From the NCBI GenBank assembly GCA_008369845.1, contig MRSU01010826.1, forward strand, positions 1-51,217: 51,217 nucleotides of DNA. Reading direction: 5' to 3'. Origin of the DNA: Trichomonas gallinae (lineage: Eukaryota). The translations under genes were made by a program, and so were the position numbers. This document shows positions 41,019 to 51,217 of this stretch, piece after piece. The notes below the pieces were generated by a model, which saw only the letters and a list, made by a program, of their open reading frames with translations, did not search any database and was not told the origin of the DNA. The stretch's first letter is position 1; the number at the start of each line of letters is the position of its first letter.

Positions 41019-41518
41019 TGTTAGAATAAAAAATCGTTATTTTTATATCAATTACATGATAATGTTTATGAATCACAAGTCATTTTATTTCATTTCCGAA
41101 AATCTCTTGACATGTAAATTTTATATTTGTCAAAAAAAGTATCGCAACTCTTGGAAGCTACAATATAACTAACATCGAAATAGCCTAATAATTTCATAAT
41201 AAACCAAAGCACAATAATGGAAATCAAAATATGCAACAATATTAAATCATTTGAAAATCACATAATGCAGTGCTATATTATCTACTCTGACATTATGAAG
41301 AATGATGATCACTTAAAACTTGAACCTAGTAATTGATAATCATAGATTGATTTCTTATGATTTATTTTGATTTTTGTAAGATCTTTTTTAATTCTTTTAT
41401 TAGTAATAGCATTGATATATTGTTATCTAATATATAATATCATAAGATCGTAATTTTATCGTCTGAATATGTCTGAGAATTGATAAAACAGAGTACGTGA
41501 AATTGAGCAAAAATCATA

Positions 41519-42166
41519 ATGTTTATATTAGAACAGAACAAGAAACCGGAAACTCAGCAAGAAAAGCCGAAATTCATTAACACTGACAATACAATTGCCG
41601 CCTGTGACTGGGTGAACGAATTTGCTAATACAAGTAACTGGATTACGATTATTGACTCTACTTATCTCAATGATGATTTCAATTTTCACGGATTAAAGAA
41701 ATTAGTTAGTAATTACGATGTTCTCGTTAAATACTTGAGAGGTAAGTCTGTTGATCTACCAGCAGATACGCCTCTAGAAGCTTTAAATCATGATCTTGAA
41801 ATTTTATATATCAACTTACACCAAAGATATCTGCTATCAGAACGTGGATGTAGGCGTGTTGATCCAAAATACACTGCAGGGGTTTACGGAAAATGTCCTC
41901 GTGTTGAATGCGATAATTGCGATCTGCTTCCAATTGGATTTTCTCATATCCCAGGTGTATCTCAGGCAAAGGCATTCTGTCCTAAATGTCAAGAAGTATA
42001 TGAAACGAAAGAAAATGTAGATGGTGCATTATTTGGTCCATATTTCCCACATTGTTTCCTTTGTTTTAATAGCTCTCGTCGTGTACTAACTGGTTGTCCT
42101 AAGCCAGAACTCAAATTCATGGGAATGGTTTATGAGGGTTACAAGGATATGGAGCTAGAGGCATGA
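41519..42166 (+). CDS. CSNK2B: Casein kinase II regulatory (beta) subunit, divergent
   Basis: YLNDDFNFHGL, LY..LHQRYLL...G, YGKCPRVEC...LLPIG.S..PG....K.FCPKCQEVY, DGALFGPYFPH. Confidence 0.93.
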   Translation: MFILEQNKKPETQQEKPKFINTDNTIAACDWVNEFANTSNWITIIDSTYLNDDFNFHGLKKLVSNYDVLVKYLRGKSVDLPADTPLEALNHDLEILYINLHQRYLLSERGCRRVDPKYTAGVYGKCPRVECDNCDLLPIGFSHIPGVSQAKAFCPKCQEVYETKENVDGALFGPYFPHCFLCFNSSRRVLTGCPKPELKFMGMVYEGYKDMELEA

Positions 42167-43279
42167 TCACACTATTTTTTATATGTCAATTTATGTTTGC
42201 AATAGAGTAGATAGACTGTAATGTATTTAAAGTTTACAAGAAAAAATATTTTATTCTAATATTTTATCTTGCTGTCTTATCTAGCTGGAGAAATATATTT
42301 CTTTCATATGGTATTCATTGTTTGGAATCAAAATTTATATTAGTGATCAAAAATCAATTTCATTCAAAAAATATACCGCAGAGACCAAAATGCACTGAAA
42401 GAGAGTACCTTCAATATTCATAATAACCTCAAGCCAGAAAAGCTCACATGCAAAAAATCAAATTTAAGATTTTCACCCCAAACTTAAAACTGTTACGAAA
42501 TCAATTAACAGAATAGAGAGTCATAGGTCTAGTATTATATGATAACACACGAATAATAACTATGTGTCAATTTGAAATCTCAAACTATTAAATTTCACGA
42601 TAATTGAATTCTCCCAAATGGAATTACAGTTTTCTTTCTTCTATTAACCGAGGATCATGGAAGAAAATAGAAAAACTATAGAAAGTGAAAAAAAAAGTGA
42701 TGACTTGTTTCTGCGTAATCCAATTGTTTAACTAAATTATGGTCAAATAATGTTGCAGTGTTGTTATTTCATGACAGTTTCATGGCTGACAGCAATTTTT
42801 AATTAATATTTTGACGTAAAACGATATTCACAAATTAATTTTCTCGACTTCAAAATTTTTTATTCGATTTTCAATTATAATTGCGATTAAAATATAGCTT
42901 ATGCATAAACGGAATATTTAGAATTATAAAATCGAAATTATAAAATAAACATAACAGCAAGAGTTCCTCCCCATCATGGTGCAAAAAACAAACAACCAAT
43001 AATTGAATTGTATACAATTGTTAGCAACACAAAATTTGAATGTTGATATCAATTATTTGCAAATAATTTAGACAATAAAAAAGCCTATTGATGGACGTAG
43101 AATATGGGTAACGAATTACTTCTATTCTATCACTGAAATGAAAAATTTTTCAGCAGATAAATTTCATGTTTATTGAAAAATATTAGTGATAAATTCTATT
43201 AGGTTATACTTATGCATTCATTTTGGTTTTATTTATTGTAATTCTTTAACACTTTTTTTCATTAAAATATTTTTGTGAA

Positions 43280-43750
43280 ATGAAAGCACGTGACAGTGAT
43301 AGTAACTGTAGAAGGTATTTCCCAACTGCTGTTGAGCAGTTCATTCTAATACAGCATATGGGCAAGTATTTCTCATATCCAGAGAGATCTCCTGATAGAA
43401 ATAAAGTTGCAGAAGAGGTTGCATCGATTTTAAACCCAATATCAGGGCATTGGACACATCGCTCAGTGAGGCTGTGGTTTAATAACAATCGGAATTCGTC
43501 ATTTTGCCTTAATAGTCAGGTATCTAAAGCCTCGTCTTATCATGTTAATTCCACTCAAAACCGAACCATGAGTCAGATTGATAGCAAAAACCTTCATACT
43601 TGGAATGAAGGCTCTTCAGATTCAGACAGCAGTATCTCAAAAATTCCATCAATCAAAGATATTGACGCCATGCTGCCCCATGGACTTTCTGCATTCCCTA
43701 CAGGCATGATGCCATTTCATCAATTGATGAATGTCGAGCCTGTCCATTAA
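43280..43750 (+). CDS. Atypical homeodomain-like protein
   Basis: RRYFPT.. N-arm, helix 1, and a helix 3 ending VRLWFNNNR (homeobox V..WF.N.R signature); Ser-rich tail. Confidence 0.7.
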   Translation: MKARDSDSNCRRYFPTAVEQFILIQHMGKYFSYPERSPDRNKVAEEVASILNPISGHWTHRSVRLWFNNNRNSSFCLNSQVSKASSYHVNSTQNRTMSQIDSKNLHTWNEGSSDSDSSISKIPSIKDIDAMLPHGLSAFPTGMMPFHQLMNVEPVH

Positions 43751-46442
43751 TTCATTTCAAAACTGCAAAATCTTAGTATTATTGACTTCATTTGATTATA
43801 GTATCGTAAATGTTGTGTTTAGCGCGTTTTTTTATAAAAGTTTATTTACCGAATAGAAGAAAAAGAACGTTATGGTTTAAAACAATGATTTTCGAAGTAG
43901 TCTTATATTCATGTCCTAATTACAAATATATAGTTTTCCAGCTTCAAAACTATGAAATCTTTTTGACGAAATTCAATTTAACCGTCAATATCTTTGAATG
44001 CAAATCTCTGGCAGTTTGTACAGAATTTTTTTGTGAATGGACGAATTAGCATATTAATAATAACAATTATGCAAATAGAAATTTAATAAAATTGATTTTG
44101 AGTTCATCGAAAATTTATTTTGAGAACTGTTTTTTATTTTTCGATTGAAGTTGCGAAATGACACTATCTTAATGGGTTCGAATTTTACGTTAAATTTAAT
44201 TAATATTAATATTCAAAATTACGAACGAGTTTAAATTTATACAGCAAAGCATATACTAATAAATAATCATATTGTTATTTATTCAAAAGTTTCAAAAGAT
44301 TAAATTAACATTTAATTAATTCGATAAAATGTTTTTTTGTTCAATTTTCATTCAATATTTTATTGAACAATTACTTGTTACTAATAATTATATGTAAAAA
44401 TCTGTCTTTTTATTTATTGTCACATTATTGTTTCTTCTTGTTTCACGATATTCATTGCTAAAGATAATTTTTCTGACAAATTTCGTTGACATTTTTGATA
44501 TCTTGTCATGCTTAATCTACTATTATTGATATTCATTAATATTCCTTTTTGGAAATTTTTTGGAAAAACCGTTAAATTCAAATTTGAACCCAAAATTTCA
44601 GTATTTTCTTATATATTATTTGTCCTATCATACTATTTTCAATTAAAATCAATTTAATAGATTTTGATTATAATTAATTGCGATTTTATTCACATCTACA
44701 AATGATATATCTAATTATTTGAACAATCAAATTTACGTTCATCACCGTCTTTATCAATTTAATTTTTCAGACTCGTAATCGTGTATTTATAATACAAACA
44801 ACTCTATTTACCATATTCTTTAATAAAACGCGAAATTAATTATCCTTGCAAAATTTTGCCCATCAATATCAATTTTCAAGACCATTCATGTTTCAAATTT
44901 GATTTGTTATCTTTTTATATAGCTGTTCGCGTTAATTGCCTTGATTTTCGTTTATAATTTGAAAAACCTAAACAATATAAACAATGTTTGCCACATTTAC
45001 CTTTAAAATCTTTTATTCTACCTACTAATGTATTGAACTATATCTTTAAAATTGTCTAATCGATTTATCAGAATTGGGGAATATCAAAAAGGACTAATTT
45101 ATTATTTTTACATAACTGTATCGTATTTAAATACTTTGGTTGATTCTATTTCTAGTGTAATTTTTACCTAATTACGATTCTCTTCCGTAAATTAATTGAC
45201 AATATACTTGTATGCATTTCGAACCTATATAAGTAATGTTATCTATTTTTAAAACACTTTTACAGCTATTGTTAACTACAAAAACGTTATTCAAGACATA
45301 AATTTGGATCGAATATAATGATATTCTCAAACTGTTCAATCATCATTTGAACTCACGTATTTCCCTAATTTTAATCATATTATCCAATTTCCCTCTATTA
45401 ATTGTAGAACAATTGAAAGTTTCCGAGAATAACTTATACAAGTTTGGTATTTTTCACAGATAACTATACATAATAGAGTTATATCATGGCAAATCACATT
45501 CATAGTTCAGCAATTTATAAGCAATTCATTGATTGATAAATATAAATATCATTTGGTTCAACAGATATGTCTAAAACTCAGTGTGTAATATAAGCTATTC
45601 CGAGATATCTTGAATTTTACCAGTTATATGGCTCTTGCTATGTCGATATTGATACCTATTCATTCGTCCTAAAATATTTTTTTTTTTTGACAAAATCATT
45701 GATTTGAGTTTTGGTGAAAATCTTTAATTTTTAGTTATTCTGGATAGAGAACCATGCATTAATACACCTATAGAATATATCAATAACTGTGCGCAAATGT
45801 GATTACGGACACAACTATAAATCCGCTGATGTTTCTTGATGTTTTTCATTTTCACAAAATTAAGCGTGAAATAGATAAGTTTCATCAAAGATTAACAAAA
45901 AAATTAGTAGTCTCTTAGTAGTTATTGTTTTGAATACTGCAAGAACGCACTTTTTATGCCATCATTCAACATCAAAATAACGTAGAAAATTAAAACTTTG
46001 TATTGGCTCGCACTTAACGTCCAGAATGAAGATAAAGCATCATGTTACATTGTATGTCATGTATATAATGCTAATTGGCGATTTCGCGGGAAAATTTAGT
46101 CGTCGACACTGGATTGGACGAGTAAATGGGCGGGCAATGAAAACTACATTTGGATTCTACTATTTGAAAGGTCTATTAATATGGATTTCATTTGCAATAT
46201 GCATGATTTTGATAAAATTTAATAATTAAATTATTCATCATTTTACAGACTTCGATTAATTGGTGAAATTTCTTAATAGACCTATAATTATTATATACAA
46301 ATGTTCGAAAGCCAGAGAAATTGGAATTAAAAATATCAAAATAATATATCATCTGTCAAGTTAAACATAGTATCTTGAACAACTTTATTCGTTGGAATAG
46401 TATAAGAATAAGATATAAACTATGAGCAAACATAGTTAGATA

Positions 46443-47189
46443 TCAATTATATGGTTGAGTGAACGAGACAGAGCGAAAAATGCTGTGACACATCTTCATA
46501 TCTTGTACTCTTCTATGAACGGGAGGGGTTCTTGGACCGTAATGCTTTTGTATTTCCAATTTGTATAACCTTTTGGCTTTCTTGAGATTGGAAAGGTCCA
46601 ATGTGCCGTCGACTTCCATCGGCGTGTATCCACCCCTGCACAGACACTCAAATTTTTTGAAAAATGCGCTGTATCCTCCTTCGATAAGATATACATGTTC
46701 ATAAGTCAATCTTGGATAATTCATCTTGTTATGATTCCTGTCGATATCTCTAAATATGGAAGCCCATGTTGGGCCTCTCTTTGTTGAAAATTCGCAGTGA
46801 AACAATAAGCAAACATTTATCTGTTTGTATTTGTTATACAATTCCTGCAGCCTTTCATAGGTCACCACATTTTCTGCATGACGTATATGACCGCCTGCGA
46901 ATTCGTATTTGTATCGACAATCAATGACAAGAATTTGATCGAAAAACATCCTGTAATTGCCTTTAATTATGCTTGCTGCCACCTCTGGGGTGACAGAAGG
47001 GATGACATACGTGTTTGACGATATAGGAATCGGACCTTCCTGTTTAGAATTTTGTTTGATATCGGATGAGAGATCATCCATATCAAAATTAGGTACAGGT
47101 ATGTCGTTGATTAATGGCGTCGACTGTGACCTCGGAGGCTCCAGAAACTCGGGAGAGCTCAGCTCAGTCATTGTCGAATAAGGCCACAT
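46443..47189 (-). CDS. CDC25: Cdc25-like rhodanese-fold phosphatase
   Basis: IDCRYKYEFAGGHI..A, FHCEFSTKRGP (intact HCX5R), RDIDR..N..NYP.L.Y..VYLIEGGYS.FF, Y.PM. Confidence 0.93.
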   Translation of the reverse strand: MWPYSTMTELSSPEFLEPPRSQSTPLINDIPVPNFDMDDLSSDIKQNSKQEGPIPISSNTYVIPSVTPEVAASIIKGNYRMFFDQILVIDCRYKYEFAGGHIRHAENVVTYERLQELYNKYKQINVCLLFHCEFSTKRGPTWASIFRDIDRNHNKMNYPRLTYEHVYLIEGGYSAFFKKFECLCRGGYTPMEVDGTLDLSNLKKAKRLYKLEIQKHYGPRTPPVHRRVQDMKMCHSIFRSVSFTQPYN

Positions 47190-48771
47190 AATTTTTTATT
47201 ATTTTTCAATTTTTGAATTTTTTTGTTATTTTATTGTATTAAACAAAAAGATAACTATTCAGAAGAGTGAAGTAGTGTATTGAAATTTTTGAAAACACTC
47301 TCAATTAGAAAACCCTTTTGTGATGTGTTTTTGATACAACTTTTTATTCAAAAATATTGTTTGTATTTACACATATATAAATATGTAATTCAAATTTGCA
47401 TGATTGAACCTTATTGAAATTTACCACCCCCTGTTTTATTTCTTTCTCACAAATATTGCAATATTACACTCTAAAAATGCTATTTAGCTAATAAGGGGGA
47501 ATTACAATAGAAAAGTGTAATAAAGACTAAAAAGTTGATGTGCACGTAGAGAATCATTTAAAAACTCTATATAAAGAGTTAGAGTCAAAACTTCCCTCAC
47601 AATTAAGTTTTCAATGTTTTTTGGCGAATTATGCATGTAAACAAATTCTCCGATGTGAATCACAGTTAAAATGTTGGGAATTATATCGATATAGCAAAAG
47701 TTGAAAATGTGCCATTTTAACATACTCACAGTATTAAAGAGGGGTAGTATATGACTATTTTGTTGAGAAATATCCGTTATTCTTTTTTTATGGGTTACAA
47801 ACGAGATAATCTAACAAAAAATTGAATATTTATCCTTTATATGAAAAATATTGGTTTATTTATGGATGGCTCTGTCAAACATGAAGGTTTCCTCAATGGC
47901 AATAAACAGAAATATCTGGTCAATTCATTCAAGTCGACTGCAAAGATTATTTAAAGATAAACATCCTATGCATCCATTTCTGAATGCGAGTACTAACATT
48001 TCGAAGCGAACGCACATTTCATTTGTTGTCCATTATGATATTAAGGAAATAGCCTGAGATTACATCATCTGTATTATTCGGTATGGGTTTAATTCAAAAT
48101 TAATTATCCTAAGCATCGAATTTCACATGTGAACCTCAGTATTCCCTTACGCGTATTAATTATTGAGTTTTTCAATGTCATTTTACTTGATGAATAGGTC
48201 ACATCACATCAAGTCTCAAGTTCCTCTATATATTTTTTAAGTATTCCTTTTTTTTAATAAATTTATATATAATCTAATCAATGCAAGGCAAACAATATTT
48301 CAAATCAATCTATTCTAATATACTCTTCGAAAACATATTCATACGTATTGCAACCCATATTATTAAATCTTTAAAATTCACAAATATGTCCCATGCAGAA
48401 TTGGTTCGAATTGATAAGTTTCGTGGAGTATTGTTGAAAAGATGTCATTTAATGAAGAAAAATCGAAATTTTATGATTTCATATTAAAAAATTGAAGAAT
48501 CATTCAGATACTCAATGTATTTCGATGGTTTTATCAGAGAATTTAAAATATTTGTTAAATAAAGTGAAAGACATATTAAAAGGATGTTAGAACACTTATC
48601 CGGACAGCTAGACGAGAAGCAACCCCTGGAATGTTCCAATTGTTTGGCTGACGCATCGACCGAATATCAGGAGATATCAGCTATTAAATCAACCAAAATT
48701 ATGTCAAAACTGCCAAAAGATCAGCCATGTGTCACTTTTTACAATATTTTTGTTTTCGAAATTTGTTTTAA

Positions 48772-49025
48772 GGGTCCGCTACACGACCAAATAGCGGCCT
48801 CAATTTTTCAATGCGGTATTGAAAATTATCGTTTTGCCCAGAAAAATAATCTCACTTTTTAAAGAGATCTAATGCACTAACAATATGCACCACTTTGTAG
48901 GTGGTGCTAGTAGCATCTAAAAAATAATTCTCGCTTAATTTTTTTTATTAATCAACCCTAATTCTCACTTCTGGAGAGATCATTCAAAAATAGACGATAG
49001 ACCGCTATTTGGCCGGAGCGGACCC
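48772..49025. mobile_element. Non-autonomous MITE (254 bp), PIF/Harbinger-like (Kolobok not excluded)
   Basis: Imperfect TIRs of about 45 bp: GGGTCCGCT..CGACCAAATAGCGGCCTCAATTTTTCAATG / CATTCAAAAATAGAC..AGACCGCTATTTGGCCGGAGCGGACCC. TAA flanks both ends (48769-71, 49026-28). Central palindrome GCACCAC-7nt-GTGGTGC. Confidence 0.85.
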
Positions 49026-49387
49026 TAAATTCTAGTTAATTTTATAGTAATTAACAGTTGTATATTGACTATTTGAACTATATTTCTTCGATTCAACGAA
49101 TAATTTTATAATTTGTATTATCATTTTGCCGAAATTCTATCCAAAAAAATCCTTTATTTATTTTACGGACCTCAAAACATAATAAATTTGATATTTTATC
49201 CTAAAGGTAATAACACTCCGCATACTTTCAACAATGTATAATGAGAATTAAATTTTATGGATTATAATATATTTGAGATGTAATTCAGGTTTTTGGATAT
49301 ATGAACTCTCATTTTCTGTAAGTAGATAATATATTGGAATTGTTAAAAACACAAAAACAAAAAGGCGATTTATATAAAACAAAAAAA

Positions 49388-50194
49388 TTATAGTATACCT
49401 GATGATACAAGAGCGTTATACGACTTCTGGCTAGGATCCATCTTCGGACGAGTTTTAACTGCCTGCATTTTGAATGATTTTGGCATTGCTGCAGTTTTTT
49501 CGAAATGTCTTGAGATATCAACGACAGCTGTTGCATTATTTACGAGGAAGTTGGCTTCGGCTTCATTTTGCATGTTCTTTTTAACAAGATCGAATGAGTT
49601 TAATTCTGCTCTTCTTTGCTCGTAGAGATTTTCTAATTCTGTTCTATGCCTTTCTGTCATTTCTGTAACAACGCGTTTGAATTTCGAATCAACGTTCTTC
49701 TTATAATCAAAATCAACCATATCCTTTTTCTGAGAGGCCAAATCTCGTATTTCTATAGCCTCTTGTACCTTATTCTGTTTTGCTAATATTTTTGCTGTTG
49801 TCATCGCTCGTTGAAATTCAATGTTTGCAAAATCTTGGTGTGTGTTTCGTTCATTCTCCCATTCTTCTAACAGATCGTCTAATTCTTTCTGTTGCTGCTC
49901 TTTTAGTTTGTTGTAATCGCGCTTGAATGTTTCTGCCGCTTTATGCTTCGCAATTTTTAGCTGTTGTTCGGAAAATTCATAAGTTGTTGTAACATCTTTT
50001 GTTTGTTTTATATTCTGTTGTAAATATGAGTTGACTTTGCTTCCAAGCTTAAGAACACTTTCATAATTTAATAAAGATTCGTATTCTCGCTGATAATAAT
50101 CGATTAATTCGAAATTTCCCGACTCTATGCATGCATCGATTATGTTCATAGCTTCTTGCGAAGTCTTTGGCTTCGGAAATTCTTGGTTCTCCAT
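49388..50194 (-). CDS. Coiled-coil protein (268 aa), hypothetical
   Basis: E/K/Q-rich heptad ORF; the first ATG in frame is at 50194. Confidence 0.85.
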   Translation of the reverse strand: MENQEFPKPKTSQEAMNIIDACIESGNFELIDYYQREYESLLNYESVLKLGSKVNSYLQQNIKQTKDVTTTYEFSEQQLKIAKHKAAETFKRDYNKLKEQQQKELDDLLEEWENERNTHQDFANIEFQRAMTTAKILAKQNKVQEAIEIRDLASQKKDMVDFDYKKNVDSKFKRVVTEMTERHRTELENLYEQRRAELNSFDLVKKNMQNEAEANFLVNNATAVVDISRHFEKTAAMPKSFKMQAVKTRPKMDPSQKSYNALVSSGIL

Positions 50195-50559
50195 CAATAA
50201 GAGAAGTGTACGTTTAATGATTTTCAGAAACAAAGGATTTTACCATTTTGGCATTTTTACGATCTATTTCTTATTAATAAGAAATTCTTGTGATTTTTCA
50301 AGTTTTGACCAAGAAAATTAAAATTTCGTTTTCAATTCAAGTTTAAATGAGAAAATTTAATGGGAAAAACAACCATTATGTATTACTTATTAAAAATAAT
50401 GATTTTAATTTTTTGCTTTTCCTATGAAATTCTTAAAAACCAAGTAAATTTCATAAAAAAATCATTTTATTTTTTCATGTTATGACGATGCTCATGTTTT
50501 TCAAAAGCCTTTTCCGGGGGCAATAATACTCATGCCGTAATTTACACGCTACAATACTC

Positions 50560-51180
50560 AATACCAATCTTGAACGCTTAGATAAAAAGAACTTTTTCCA
50601 AATCAAAGTTCATTCAAATACGATTTCTCTGAGTTTATACCACTCAGAAACATTATATACATATACGATAGTTGTTTCATCCAGAACAATCAAGATGATA
50701 GCTTTACAATATCAATATTTTTCTCAATTCATAGAGTTTACAGAATCAAGACACTCTTTATACAGGGAATGCCGAATTCTAACAGATTGAAGGTTTCATT
50801 ATCGACCTTATTTGAATGTGAAAATATTTTATATCCTCATAAGTAAATAATTCAAAAATATCATTGTACTTCATTGCAATCAGCCAAAATATAACTTGTG
50901 TAGCATGAGCAAACATGATTTTTCAATTTTATCAATCTGAAGGAAAGAAACTTACTATTACAGGCTTGGAGTGAATCATTCATTTCAAGCTCAAGAGTCA
51001 CATCAATTTCAGAAACAAAGAAATAATGAATTAAAAAATCAAATGATTTTGTATCTTTATTAATGAATTTATCTATCAAACCCGTCCCATAAACTGACAT
51101 ATCGCTGGAATCTTCATAAACATTTTATTGACAACTGTTAATACCGTATATGAATTTGAGGGTCATAAGTGAATCTGACG
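50560..51180 (-). pseudogene. Possible degenerate coding remnant
   Basis: 79-codon ORF 50861-51100 plus adjacent protein-like segments in other frames (IFELFTYEDIKYFHI; VDNETFNLLEFGIPCIK) broken by stops; family not recognised. Confidence 0.3.
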
Positions 51181-51217
51181 GTCATCTCTCAATTTTAGTT
51201 TACAAAATAATGGTACC

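Noticed and set aside
40701..41172. Plus-strand ORFs of 107 and 145 aa
   Set aside because: Antisense shadows of the acidic CaaX gene, with non-ATG starts.
44100..46300. Long AT-rich stretch with faint coding-like patches
   Set aside because: No sustained frame or motif could be supported by eye.
48584..48862. 92-aa ORF
   Set aside because: Runs into the MITE left TIR and has no recognisable domain; likely chance.

Overview
AT-rich eukaryotic genomic DNA with compact, apparently intronless genes, TCAYTTT initiator-like elements near ATGs and TAAA/U-rich 3' ends. These features and the gene families (DUF3447-type ankyrin protein, R2R3 Myb, non-RD CAMK-type kinase, SKCC-CaaX small protein, Asn/Cys/Phe-rich beta-helix-like protein) point to a trichomonad/parabasalid. 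The organism is inferred and the species cannot be fixed. The window holds about 28 protein genes, including G-alpha, a 7TM protein, an importin-beta-family protein, a divergent alpha-COP, tetraspanin, HPS1-like, Abi-like, NAD kinase, CK2-beta, a homeodomain-like protein, a Cdc25-like phosphatase and a bacterial-type metallo-beta-lactamase. It also holds a tRNA-Arg(UCU), a 254-bp MITE and several repeats. The most unusual element is the convergent gap between alpha-COP and the ankyrin gene (26440-27590). It contains three 70-nt hairpins at about 120-nt spacing, each followed on the minus strand by ACA-NNN-RUUUU, next to an orphan promoter-like motif cluster, plus a separate two-hairpin H/ACA-like RNA. 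This is a candidate unannotated polycistronic ncRNA locus. A recurrent composite promoter motif TTTAC-R-TGWCA lies upstream of many genes. All homology calls are by-eye motif recognition; no searches were run.
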